The notes below the pieces were generated by a model. It worked only from the letters and a program-made list of their open reading frames with translations. It was not told the DNA's origin and did no database searches. Both the position numbers and the translations under genes were made by a program. A stretch of DNA of 64,000 nucleotides, from the NCBI GenBank assembly GCA_963837955.1, contig CAWIPH010000001.1, forward strand, positions 516,357 to 580,356, written 5' to 3'. Positions 20,017-29,721 of this stretch are shown one piece after another. This DNA is from an uncultured Verrucomicrobiae bacterium. Its GTDB lineage: Bacteria; Verrucomicrobiota; Verrucomicrobiia; Chthoniobacterales; JAFAMB01. The first letter of the stretch is position 1. Each line of letters begins with the position of its first letter.

Positions 20017-20193
20017 TTAAGCCTTCGGAGAAGCAGAGGCCTTCGGAGTAGCAGAAGGCTTGGTAGCTGGAGCCTTGGTGTGATGATGGTGCTTCTTAGG
20101 AGCGCTAGCCGAAGGAGACGGCGAAGGGCTAGCGGCTTGAGCAACAACGCCTAAACCAAAAACGGTGGTCAGCAAGAGGATGATTTTGTTCAT
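20017..20193 (-). CDS. 58-aa secreted His/Pro/Ala/Lys-rich small protein (absent from ORF track)
   Basis: MNKIILLLTTVFGLGVVAQA-ASPSPSPSASAPKKHHHHTKAPATKPSATPKASASPKA; AQA signal cleavage; followed by a terminator. Confidence 0.8.
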   Translation of the reverse strand: MNKIILLLTTVFGLGVVAQAASPSPSPSASAPKKHHHHTKAPATKPSATPKASASPKA

Positions 20194-20527
20194 AAGAATG
20201 AAGTTAAGAGCTATTAGGGATTATCGGATATTAGGTTCTTGGCTTCGGTTCTTCCGGTCACGTACTGTCGTGACCTTCTTCCCGAAGCGCTCAATCGGCT
20301 CTCGCCAGGAAACCAAATTCAGGCGTAGCCAATCGAAGCAAGGTTTTTCGTTTCCGTCGTCGATCTCTTGGGAGGTACCCAGTTGGACTCTCTTCCCGAG
20401 AAAAAGTCTGACTTCTACGTCAAACATCAACTGCGAAACCCGGCAAAGGAGCGGAAGTTTCAAAAAATCACGAATGTTTTAGCCTCTTGCGCACGGAAAT
20501 TGTCTCTGGTACGTGGAGTTTTCGCCT

Positions 20528-21616
20528 ATGGCCGGCCTAAGTCTAAAGAACATCGTCAAACGCTTCGGTAAAATCGAGGTCATCCATAGTGTCAGCCTAG
20601 ACATTGATGACGGCGAATTTGTGGTTTTCGTGGGACCTTCGGGATGCGGAAAATCAACTCTTTTGCGGATCATTGCCGGATTGGAAGAGGTCACCGAGGG
20701 CGAAGTCTGGATTGGCGGCGAAAATGTGAATGGCGTCGAGCCGGCTAAGCGAGGGGTCGCGATGGTATTTCAATCGTACGCGCTTTATCCGCACATGTCG
20801 GTTGAGGAGAATATGGGGTTTGGGCTTCGAATGGCTGGGCGCCCAAAACAGGAAATCCGGGAACGAGTAAATCGAGCGGCGGAAATTCTTCGCCTCACTT
20901 CCTATCTTAAACGGCGTCCCAAAGAGTTGTCGGGCGGTCAACGACAGCGGGTGGCAATTGGACGAGCCATCGTACGGGAGCCGGAGGTTTTTCTTTTTGA
21001 CGAACCACTTTCCAATCTGGACGCCGAATTGCGGGTACAAATGAGGATCGAGATCTCGAAATTGCACAGCAGCCTCCAAACCACCATGGTCTATGTCACC
21101 CATGACCAAGTCGAGGCGATGACGTTGGCCGAAAAGATTGTCCTCATCAATGATGGAAAGATCGAGCAGATTGGGGGACCGATGGATCTTTACCAGTCGC
21201 CCGCCAATTTATTTGTCGCTGGGTTTATCGGCTCGCCGAAAATGAACTTCTTAAAGGTAAAGGTTGTCGGCTCGGAGCGACGAGGCGTGACAATCGAGAG
21301 TCCAGATTTTTTTGCCGAGCCCGTGGTGATTCCGACGCAGGACGATCACGCGGTATCTCTAGGAACGGAATTGACCCTCGGCGTTCGGCCAGAGCACATC
21401 AGGGTGGTCCCAAAGCCGGAGGCGAACGGACTTTTGACTATCGAGGTGGTCGAGAGCCTAGGCGACTCCACTCTTGTCCACGGACTCACCTCCGGAAACA
21501 ATCGTCTCTCGATTGCTCTTCGCGGGTTCAACGATCTACGCCACACCGATTCGGTTGGCTTCTGCTTTGCTCCGAAAGATGCGCATCTTTTTGATCCTTC
21601 GGGTACAGCGTTGTAA
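20528..21616 (+). CDS. Carbohydrate ABC ATP-binding protein (MalK/UgpC/MsmX-like), orphan
   Basis: [35 protein letters not shown]. Confidence 0.93.
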   Translation: MAGLSLKNIVKRFGKIEVIHSVSLDIDDGEFVVFVGPSGCGKSTLLRIIAGLEEVTEGEVWIGGENVNGVEPAKRGVAMVFQSYALYPHMSVEENMGFGLRMAGRPKQEIRERVNRAAEILRLTSYLKRRPKELSGGQRQRVAIGRAIVREPEVFLFDEPLSNLDAELRVQMRIEISKLHSSLQTTMVYVTHDQVEAMTLAEKIVLINDGKIEQIGGPMDLYQSPANLFVAGFIGSPKMNFLKVKVVGSERRGVTIESPDFFAEPVVIPTQDDHAVSLGTELTLGVRPEHIRVVPKPEANGLLTIEVVESLGDSTLVHGLTSGNNRLSIALRGFNDLRHTDSVGFCFAPKDAHLFDPSGTAL

Positions 21617-21684
21617 CAGCGCTGGCTGTGGCCACATTTTTCCAGACCAGGTCGGTTTTCCTGAAGCTCTGGCAATCCCTCTGC

Positions 21685-23286
21685 CTAGGGTTGCAATAGA
21701 CCAAAGGCCGCGATCGAGCTAGATGTGCCGACGTACACCTTTCCGTTGCATACCGTCGGGGCCACAAATTTGATCGCGCCGCCAATATTCACGTTGAAGC
21801 TGCTGTAGAGCTCAATTTTCAAATTGGTTGCGTCATATGCATGTAACACCGCCCGAGAAAAATGGCTTGCACACGCCCAGACAATCCCGTTGCTGTTCCC
21901 GTCGGAGGAGATCGTCGCTTTCGTGCCCGGGTAGCCGAAGTGCGTTGCCGTCGTCGACGCGGGTCTGGAATTCAGTTTGGCCTGCGAATTGAATTGAAAC
22001 TGTCTGAGCGCATGATCCCGGCTTCCACAATAGATAGAGCCGTTAAAATAAGCGGCTGATGAGAAAGTACCGGTAGGGAGGTCTCCGGCCAGCTCTTGAT
22101 AGATCTGGCTGTTGTTTTGGCCGTTCGGGTTGAAATGCCCGAGGTTGTCTCGATCTAGCAGATAAACATTGGAGTCCTTGCCCGCTGAAAACAGGAGGTG
22201 ATGGACAGTATGGTTAGAGTCCACGATATCCGGCAGAACTACGGGCCCGCCGGAACCGAGATCGACGTCGGCGCTTGCTTCCGCAAATTCATTGAACGGG
22301 GTAAAATAGTCAGCGATTGAAAGACTCGGAGAGGAGAGCTTGAGGACGCTGTCTCCAAAGTCGTTGTTCGTCGGGAAACCGTTTGTCAGGTTCGTGTCAA
22401 AAGGTCCATTGCCCGTAGCGACATAGATGGTGCCATCCAAATCTGCCGCGGGTCCGTTTCCATCCTGCCAAATACCGTTCCCGGACCCATCTGGAAGGTG
22501 CCTGCTAGGCGGTGACCCATTCGGATTCGTATTAAGGACCGACGCCTGCGACAAATCGCTCTCGTTATAAGCGATGATCCATCCGGAGTAAGGAGCGTTG
22601 TCGCAATAGCTCCCCCAAGCCGTATAAATAATGCCGTGGAGCAGAAGTAAGCCCGGTCTTCCGCGTTGTTTAGTTGCCACGAAGCTGGTCGCCGGACCAG
22701 TCCCATTCACCGGCAAAGGCGATATAACTATTGGAGGTCGCAAGTCTTGCCCGGAAGATAGATCCACCGCATGAAGCCTGTTGTAGTAGTTGGCTCCGTT
22801 CGTACTCAGGGCGACGACGAAGAGGGTGCCGTTCGGTCCGGCTTGGCGGTCGATCACGGGAGTGGCGGTGATGCCGAGTTCCGGCCGAATGTCGCCGCAG
22901 CTAATATTTGGGTCATTTGATTGGACCGGAGATTCCCCGGCCGGAAGCAGAGAAGTTTTCCAGTACTGCGTACCCGTGTCAGCGTCGAAGGCATAGATCG
23001 AGCCATGTTCAGTGGCCACGATCACTACATTTGGTGTCGCAGATTGACCCGAGATTGATTGTTTCGAGACGTAAAGCGGCTGAGCGTAAACCTGGCCATC
23101 CACCGGCTTGTTAAAGACGAGACCAAAGGATAAAGAGGTAACGTTTGTCGGGTTTAAGATCGTCTCAGTTGAGTTGAGTCCGGTCCGCGCATTGTCGCCG
23201 CGACTTGTGAGTATGTCAGTCGCCAGAGCGGCACAGTCTAAAGTAGCAGCGAGGAAAAGGCCGAAGATGCATCGGAAATCTTTCAC
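21685..23286 (-). CDS. Secreted PQQ-like beta-propeller repeat protein
   Basis: DNARTGLN, VDGQVYAQPL, YAFDADTG..W, GITATPVID, DLGSGGP; start placed at GTG 23286 (uncertain). Confidence 0.8.
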   Translation of the reverse strand: MKDFRCIFGLFLAATLDCAALATDILTSRGDNARTGLNSTETILNPTNVTSLSFGLVFNKPVDGQVYAQPLYVSKQSISGQSATPNVVIVATEHGSIYAFDADTGTQYWKTSLLPAGESPVQSNDPNISCGDIRPELGITATPVIDRQAGPNGTLFVVALSTNGANYYNRLHAVDLSSGQDLRPPIVISPLPVNGTGPATSFVATKQRGRPGLLLLHGIIYTAWGSYCDNAPYSGWIIAYNESDLSQASVLNTNPNGSPPSRHLPDGSGNGIWQDGNGPAADLDGTIYVATGNGPFDTNLTNGFPTNNDFGDSVLKLSSPSLSIADYFTPFNEFAEASADVDLGSGGPVVLPDIVDSNHTVHHLLFSAGKDSNVYLLDRDNLGHFNPNGQNNSQIYQELAGDLPTGTFSSAAYFNGSIYCGSRDHALRQFQFNSQAKLNSRPASTTATHFGYPGTKATISSDGNSNGIVWACASHFSRAVLHAYDATNLKIELYSSFNVNIGGAIKFVAPTVCNGKVYVGTSSSIAAFGLLQP

Positions 23287-23435
23287 TGCGACTACCAAGT
23301 TGCCAAGAGCCGGACTGGATCCCGCCAACTCACCATCACACCGAAACACGCCAAGATTTGCAAGCTGCGCTGCGCCGACCGACTCAATCAAAGTTATTGA
23401 AAACCTGGAACTTACGTGATTTTGCTGCTTTCTCA

Positions 23436-23524
23436 GCAACGGCCCCTAACCGAATCCAAAGTCGAGAATTCGGCACGTTGGGTGCCAGAGCGGTCGATTG
23501 GGCACGACCGGAAAGCGTGTGCAC
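23436..23524 (+). pseudogene. Degenerate duplicate of the upstream region and 5' half of tRNA-Ser
   Basis: CCCTAACCGAATCCAAA..TGGGTGCCAGAGCGGTCGATTGGGCACG..GGAAAGCGTGTG matches 24533-24620; no T-arm or 3' acceptor strand. Confidence 0.85.
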
Positions 23525-23645
23525 TTTCGGACAGCTACGCTCGCGATGGTTCGTGTGGTGCTGGCGTTTCCAGAAAATGGTTGATCGGAGCGCCGACTTA
23601 AGTTTTTCGCGCCTCGGAATTGAAACCGTTTCGGTTAGCCGGACT

Positions 23646-24530
23646 TTAGGGGGAAAGTTGTTGGTTAGAATCTTTTTGAACCTCCGGGCGTTGGCGGTCG
23701 CTCTGTTCCGGGTAACTCGGTCTCTGTTCCTGAAAGGGTATCTCCAAGACTCGGGGAAGGGTTAGCTCCGACGAGTCGGAGTACGAGCGCACCCCGATAG
23801 TGATTGCCTGCTGGGGAATGTTGAGCCTAAGCGTTCCGTGCAACCAGTCCCAAATCGTTAAGCCGCTCGACCAATTAGAATTCGCCTCCTCTTGGATAGT
23901 CGAATGATGGATCCCATGTAGGCGAGGGGTGACTACAAACCTGCTCAACCAGCGTTCGACTTGGATCGGCAATTCGAGATTGGAATGATGGAACATGATC
24001 TCAACTAACCCGGCCGTCTGCCAGATCGAGAGCGCGAGCGGCGAGACCCCGATCAGCCAAACTTGCGCCGCCCGCCAGGGTGCTGACAACGCCAGCTCTC
24101 CGAAATGGAATCGCAATGCGGTCGAAGCATCGAGATCAAGATCGACGTGGTGGACCTGGTGAAATCGCCAGAGCAGCGGAACCTGGTGAGTTAGCACATG
24201 CCAAAGATAAAGCGTGTAATCAAGAAGCAGAGCGGCCATCGCCGTCTTTAGCCAACCCGGTAGGTCCAGCTGATTCAACAAACCCCAGCGGCGGCGCTCG
24301 ACCAATCGTGCGAGAGGCATCACTAGCGGTGTCTCCACCACGCGGATCGCCAAAGCTCCGAAGCCGGCAACCCCTATGTTCCGCGCGTTGCGGCGTAGTT
24401 TCGATTCTAAGGACCGCCTTAAGGGCCGTCGCCACTCGGATAAAACGAGAGCGATGAATGTACCGGCCACCAGCACTCCGTTGAACCAGACCGGCAACGA
24501 TTGCAGGCGCGGCTGTTTCCCCGATTTCAT
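23646..24530 (-). CDS. Sterol desaturase / fatty acid hydroxylase family protein
   Basis: His boxes HVLTH, HQVHH, FHHSN, HGIHH. Confidence 0.9.
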   Translation of the reverse strand: MKSGKQPRLQSLPVWFNGVLVAGTFIALVLSEWRRPLRRSLESKLRRNARNIGVAGFGALAIRVVETPLVMPLARLVERRRWGLLNQLDLPGWLKTAMAALLLDYTLYLWHVLTHQVPLLWRFHQVHHVDLDLDASTALRFHFGELALSAPWRAAQVWLIGVSPLALSIWQTAGLVEIMFHHSNLELPIQVERWLSRFVVTPRLHGIHHSTIQEEANSNWSSGLTIWDWLHGTLRLNIPQQAITIGVRSYSDSSELTLPRVLEIPFQEQRPSYPEQSDRQRPEVQKDSNQQLSP

Positions 24531-24572
24531 TTGCAACAGGCCCTAACCGAATCCAAAATCCAGGCTTCTGCA

Positions 24573-24660
24573 GGATGGGTGCCAGAGCGGTCGATTGGGC
24601 ACGCCTGGAAAGCGTGTGTACCGAAAGGTACCGCGGGTTCGAATCCCGCCCCATCCGCCA
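24573..24660 (+). tRNA. tRNA-Ser (GGA)
   Basis: Acceptor GGATGGG/CCCATCC-G-CCA, anticodon arm CACGC-CTGGAAA-GCGTG, long variable arm, GGTTCGAATCC. Confidence 0.97.
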
Positions 24661-24856
24661 TAGTGTCGTATCTCATTCAGTAACAAGCAATTACGTCTTA
24701 AACTTACACAGGTTGTCAAAGGCGCCTGGTAACAGCTCTCCTGAGGGGCTGGTAACAAGTCCACTATTTTCCGCTGATTTCTTAAGATGTCCTGGACCAA
24801 AAATATTGAGCTGAATACCTGTACGGAAAAACACCCCGCATTGATCCAGATAGGAA

Positions 24857-25123
24857 TTAAGGGAGCGTCCATTTGAGCTCCGGCGCTGGCGCTGGCTCCG
24901 GCTTAAGTCTGCGCGCTGCACATATCTCACCGATTCGTTCAACGCTCAAGATCGGTTCCCAACGCGTCTTGTCCTTGATCCCGGTGGGCTCAGTCTGCAA
25001 CTCGCGCCGATGGTTCAGGAACCGTTCACAGGGCCTGCAGTGAGATATTCTGCCTCGGCCACGCCGACGAAACTGATCGATTGGAAAAAACTCTTGGCAA
25101 CGCTGGCACCGCTTTAGCCCCAC
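24857..25123 (-). CDS. Small CxxC..CxxC zinc-finger-like protein (phage/ICE-like)
   Basis: CQRC..HCRPC; overlaps the stop of the upstream small ORF. Confidence 0.5.
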   Translation of the reverse strand: MGLKRCQRCQEFFPIDQFRRRGRGRISHCRPCERFLNHRRELQTEPTGIKDKTRWEPILSVERIGEICAARRLKPEPAPAPELKWTLP

Positions 25124-25233
25124 ATCAGCCGCAACCCGTCCAGGACTATCTTCGCCACGCCCACCACGAGCGCCGCCCCGATGATGATGCTGGCCCCGAT
25201 AAAGATCGCTGCGTAAATTCGTGGGTCAAACAT
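25114..25233 (-). CDS. 39-aa single-TM peptide
   Basis: MFDPRIYAAIFIGASIIIGAALVVGVAKIVLDGLRLMWG; tightly coupled to neighbours. Confidence 0.5.
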   Translation of the reverse strand: MFDPRIYAAIFIGASIIIGAALVVGVAKIVLDGLRLMWG

Positions 25234-25236
25234 AAG

Positions 25237-25407
25237 TCATCGCTTCACAAAGTACATGCACAACAGCGCTACGATCGCGAGTATCACTGTGCCCGAAACC
25301 ATATAGAACACGAAATCCAGCTGTGGATCTGCCGCCGTGTGTCTGTGCGAGGCTGCTGCCGCCGGCAACACCTGATGAAGATCATATTCGACCGGTTGGC
25401 CTTCCAT
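25237..25407 (-). CDS. 56-aa peptide with C-terminal TM helix
   Basis: MEGQPVEYDL..FVFYMVSGTVILAIVALLCMYFVKR; stop 3 bp before the next ATG. Confidence 0.5.
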   Translation of the reverse strand: MEGQPVEYDLHQVLPAAAASHRHTAADPQLDFVFYMVSGTVILAIVALLCMYFVKR

Positions 25408-25439
25408 CGCGAGCGTTTCGGGTTAATCCAACAAAATTC

Positions 25440-25760
25440 TTATTGCCCGGTCTGGATGCGTTCGCCATTCAGAGTTCGCGCGCACCTCTTTTGATGGTCA
25501 AAGTCTTTAGCCGATAAGGGAATCACGAGCGCCGTGGTAGATTCGTCCTCAAACTCGCCCGGTGTTTCGGCGCGCGGATCAGCCCCCAACCAAAGCATTA
25601 GGTCCACCCATTTTCTATTGTTCTTTCTGACATGCTCCACGAGCGCTTTGTTGGCTTGACTGATTAGCTCCGGCTCTTTTGCTAACAAGGTCTTGAAAAT
25701 GCCGAGAGAGGTCCGACAGCAGTCGCTGAAAGCTTCGGCGAAGGGCGAAGAGCGTGCCAC
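25440..25760 (-). pseudogene. Probable ankyrin-like gene fragment
   Basis: ALVEHV..WVDLMLWLGADP..TTAL resembles an ankyrin unit; no clear start. Confidence 0.35.
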
Positions 25761-26253
25761 ATTACCCTACGAAGGGATCTATGATTTTCACTCTGATATT
25801 GAAAAACGAGCGGCGCGATTCGCTGCTCTACTTGCGCGTGATCACCGTGCTCAAGCTATTGCGGCTTGTTGGGCAGGCGCTAGAGATGGGGCCACCCTGG
25901 ACGCACATCGAAATTTCAAAAGGCTGAGAAGAGCCGCAGTTGCGACGCAAAACATTCTGGCCTCCTGCTTCGTGTCATGCCGATCATCACCATGATGATT
26001 TAAGTAGCTCAACGACAAGTAGGAATACGCATCCGCGACACGAGGACGCTGATCCGAACAAGCAGAAATTGCGTTGCTATTTCTGGAATTGCTTGCAATT
26101 ACAGTGACTAGACTACGGCGTGCTATATATCAGACGGATCCTCTGAAAAACGTTGTGTTCCATCGAAATGGCGGTTCATTTCTCGGAGTGAAAGCCTTTC
26201 TAAGGCTTCGGCAATCCCCAGACGGCGCTTTTCGGCGTTATGCTTCGGGAGGG

Positions 26254-27654
26254 ATGTCGAAAGTCGCTGGTGGAATTCTGGCTGCAACGCTTACGATGGT
26301 GGGTATCGGGTCGGCGCAAACAGGATCTGGCATCCCGCTTAACCACTTCATCTATATCATCCAGGAAAATCGCACGTTTGACAATTACTTCGGCACGTTT
26401 CCGGGCGCGAACGGGATTCCGCCGGGAACCACCTTGCCGGAACTTCCGGGTGGTCCCCTTAAGGTTAAGCCTTTTCACTCAACCGCTACCCGTATCCCTC
26501 ATGATCTCCAGCACACGTGGCAGGCGGCTCGGACAGCCTGGAATCAGGGGCGCATGGACGGGTTTTTGTGGGCTGAATGGCCGGAGGCGCTAAGATTTTA
26601 TTGGGGAGCCAAGCCTGTTCCGACCCCGATTCCTGGATTGGTCGAAAGTGTTTCTATTTCGGCTCCGCCCGTTGTGAGAGCGCTTTCGCCTAATGGTGCA
26701 GCCGACGACGAGGATGAGAGTGCTAGTGCTCCTGATATTGAAGAGCAGACCACAACGGCTTTGAACCCGGCTGTGCTCCCGAATCTGGGCTCCCGCCCGC
26801 CATGGGTTATTGACACGCTAGGGTACTTGGATTTCCACGAAATCCCGAACTATTGGGAATACGCGCGCCGGTTTACGCTGTGTGACTTTTTTTTCTCGTC
26901 CCTCATGGGTCCGAGCGAGCCGAATCATCTCTACACCGTTGCGGCACAATCCGGCGGTCTCGTTAACAATCCTGGTGGTCCGCGCGTCGAACCGACCTAT
27001 TCGTTCCCAACTATGGCTGAGCTGCTCCGGAATTCCGGTGTCACTTGGAACTATTACACGGAACAGTCAAATCCCCACAACCATTCGTGGTGGAATCCTT
27101 TACCCGGTTTCGAACAGTTTAAGAGTGATCCCGGTTTGATGTCACATTTGGTTAAGAAGGCACAGTTCTACGCTGATCTGAAGGCGGGGACGTTGCCCCA
27201 AGTTTGCTGGGTAATCCCGGGCTTCAAAGACAGTGAGCATCCTCCGCAAGATGTCCAGGTAGGAATGCGGTACGTTACCGGACTGATTAATGCGGTAATG
27301 CAAAGCCCTTATTGGAAAGATACAGCAATAATTTTGGTGTGGGACGATTACGGCGGTTTTTACGATCACGTTCCTCCCCCGCAGACCGATCTCTACGGCT
27401 GGGGCCCGCGCGTACCTGCCATCGTCATTTCTCCTTACTCGCGAGCGGGTGTTGTCAATCACACCCGGTTCGATTTGACTTCGCCGCTCAAGCTGATCGA
27501 AACCAGGTTTGGGCTTCCGCCGCTGACCGCTCGGGACAGGGGTTCGAACAACATGTTGGACTGTTTCAATTTTTCGCAGACACCGCTGCCGCCGGACATT
27601 ATTACATCCACTACCAAACTTGATTTCAGCGGAATGGTCACCACGGTGCCATGA
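26254..27654 (+). CDS. Secreted phosphoesterase / phospholipase C family protein
   Basis: [48 protein letters not shown]. Confidence 0.9.
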   Translation: MSKVAGGILAATLTMVGIGSAQTGSGIPLNHFIYIIQENRTFDNYFGTFPGANGIPPGTTLPELPGGPLKVKPFHSTATRIPHDLQHTWQAARTAWNQGRMDGFLWAEWPEALRFYWGAKPVPTPIPGLVESVSISAPPVVRALSPNGAADDEDESASAPDIEEQTTTALNPAVLPNLGSRPPWVIDTLGYLDFHEIPNYWEYARRFTLCDFFFSSLMGPSEPNHLYTVAAQSGGLVNNPGGPRVEPTYSFPTMAELLRNSGVTWNYYTEQSNPHNHSWWNPLPGFEQFKSDPGLMSHLVKKAQFYADLKAGTLPQVCWVIPGFKDSEHPPQDVQVGMRYVTGLINAVMQSPYWKDTAIILVWDDYGGFYDHVPPPQTDLYGWGPRVPAIVISPYSRAGVVNHTRFDLTSPLKLIETRFGLPPLTARDRGSNNMLDCFNFSQTPLPPDIITSTTKLDFSGMVTTVP

Positions 27655-27798
27655 CCCCCGGCTCCAAAGTTTTTACTAACTTCGGTCCGGTCCAAACGCG
27701 CTAGACAGAACGCAGAGCGAATAGCGGATCACGCCGCGGTAGTTGGACGGCGCGTCATGGATAGGTTGGGAGACCATGAATCATCAAGCCGATTGTGG

Positions 27799-27920
27799 AT
27801 GAGGACACTCCTCCTCGACACAGACATCGTTTCGTTCCTTTTTAAAAGAGCGCCTAGAGCCAAGCTTTACGAGCCTCATCTTCGGGATCGTCGATTGGCT
27901 ATCTCCTTCGTGACAACAGA
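27799..27920 (+). pseudogene. Truncated PIN-domain (VapC-like) toxin fragment
   Basis: LLLDTDIVSFLFK..LAISFVT, then similarity is lost; no antitoxin seen. Confidence 0.6.
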
Positions 27921-28040
27921 GCTTCTTTCTCGCCAGCTTAGCGCAAACCAACGACGGCGCGTTGCGAAGGTCGTCATTCTGGCTGGTGCAGAAATCAAGA
28001 AGACCTTAAACGAAGGCTCTGCGATATCTCCACACGGGGC

Positions 28041-28905
28041 TCACCTCCGCATGTGTTCGTCCAAAAAAGCGAACACGTCGGGCTCCCAACTGCTCACGCC
28101 GAGATAGGGAAAGGCGTGCCCCTCGTCGGCCGTATGCCCGATTGGCGGGTAGATCTTCAGGAGATGCGGTTTACCGAGTTGCTGCAGCCGCGCGTCCAGC
28201 GCTTTGCCCGCCGCGACCGAGTAGTCGTTCGCGGCATGAATCAGGAATACCGGCGTCACAATGTGCGCTGCGGCGGTGAGGAGCCGCGCTCGCAGCTGCG
28301 GCGACCGATCCCAGCTATAGCCGGCGCCAGAGAAGATTACGACCGCCCGCAGGCTAGGCTCGCGCTCAGCCAATAGTATTGTGAGCGAGCCTCCGAACGA
28401 GTGCCCGATTACCGCCACGTTGCTCGCATCGACCTCGGGGAGTGCCCGTACAAAAACCGAGCCCGGAAAGGGCATCGCTCATCTCCCTGTTTTCCAGCAA
28501 TCGGAGTTGCAGTGTGCTCCGCGCCTCCTGCCCGTGTGCGGCGAGTTCGCTGTTCATCAGGTCGACGGCGTTCGTGCCTTGGTCGGCGGACAACCCGACG
28601 CCGCGCCGGAAGAGAAATAAGAACACATATCCATGGCGAGCGAACACCGGTCCGAGTATGTCAGCCTGTCGCTCGTACGGTCCGAGCCGTTCCAGTTCTT
28701 CACGGGTGCGACCACTGCCGTGATTGAGCAGGATCGCAGGAAACGGGCCGTGGCCTTGGTGGCGCCAGAGCAGCGCGTGCAGCGTGACCGACCCGTTGTC
28801 CACTACGACGGTTTCAGGCCGGCCAGACGCCTGGTCCTCGGCCGTCGTCGCGAGCGCAGACGTTAGAACGAGCGCAGCTAGGATGAACACGCACGGCTTG
28901 ATCAT
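28041..28905 (-). pseudogene. Dienelactone hydrolase-like alpha/beta hydrolase, frameshifted
   Basis: GPFPAILLNHGSG in one frame and GHSFGG..D..GH in another; +1 shift in the A5 run at 28452-28456. Confidence 0.82.
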
Positions 28906-28953
28906 TCGTACTCCCCTTTTTGAACCGCTCAAGAGGATCGAGGACCCCGTCGA

Positions 28954-29484
28954 TCACTCTTTCTCTCGCACCTGATTTCCCGATGGCGAAAGTTGCACGC
29001 CAACGGCATCCATCTCTGCCTTGAGTTCGTTCTCTCGTTCCTTGAGCATCTCAAGCTTCAGCTGATACCGATGGAGCTGGATGCGGGCATGGTTGATTTG
29101 CTCTCGCAAATCGGACACCTGCGCTTGGGTTTCTCGGATCTGTCGTTCCAACTCATGCTGGCGTGCATCTAGCTCCGTTCGATCCTGCCCTTCAAATTGG
29201 AAATTCCGCGGCCCGGAACTTCTGGCATTCTCCAGAGCGTCTGCCAGCTTTGAGGTTGCCGCCTGAAGAAAATGAAGAGAGGGCCCGGAATACGCCGGAA
29301 TAGTTACCGTTTGCCCACAATGCGTGCAGGCCAATGATAGCCCGGCTCCGTCCTTATCGACTGCAAGCTCACCGTGGCAATGAGGGCATGAGAAAACGAT
29401 ATCGCGCTCGGTCAATTGCAGGCCGCTACTCTCGATTGAGTCGGGAGTATCCAGCGGCTTGCTTGTAGAGAGGGCTTCGCTCAT
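28954..29484 (-). CDS. Hypothetical protein: zinc ribbon + coiled coil
   Basis: CPHC..CTHC followed by a long heptad-rich helix; start set at MSEAL. Confidence 0.7.
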   Translation of the reverse strand: MSEALSTSKPLDTPDSIESSGLQLTERDIVFSCPHCHGELAVDKDGAGLSLACTHCGQTVTIPAYSGPSLHFLQAATSKLADALENARSSGPRNFQFEGQDRTELDARQHELERQIRETQAQVSDLREQINHARIQLHRYQLKLEMLKERENELKAEMDAVGVQLSPSGNQVREKE

Positions 29485-29687
29485 TGATGAATCTGGGCCG
29501 AAAACAGAGTTGCCATGTCCTGTCGCAAAATCAAGGAAGCGGTGTGCCAAGAGACAGCGAAGGTGAGCCACGGTGGAACTCCACGTTGACACACGTGCGT
29601 CAAGTTGGCACAAATCAGTGGCGCTACTTGGCGCTCACCGTTTCTTAACTCCCTCAAAGTAAGCATGTTCTGTAGATTGTGATTCTC

Positions 29688-29703
29688 TGGCACGAATGGC
29701 GCT
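29688..29703 (+). promoter_or_regulatory. Candidate sigma-54 (-24/-12) promoter of dnaK
   Basis: TGGCACGAATGGCGCT has GG-N10-GC spacing; the -12 element is imperfect. Confidence 0.45.
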
Positions 29704-29721
29704 TAAGCCTAGCGCGCACCT

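Noticed and set aside
24857..25407. Intact filamentous prophage
   Set aside because: No Zot-like ATPase, replication protein or integrase nearby; kept only as a possible relic.
29600..29720. CIRCE operator
   Set aside because: TTGGCAC and TTGGCGCTC half-like sites lack a correctly spaced inverted partner.
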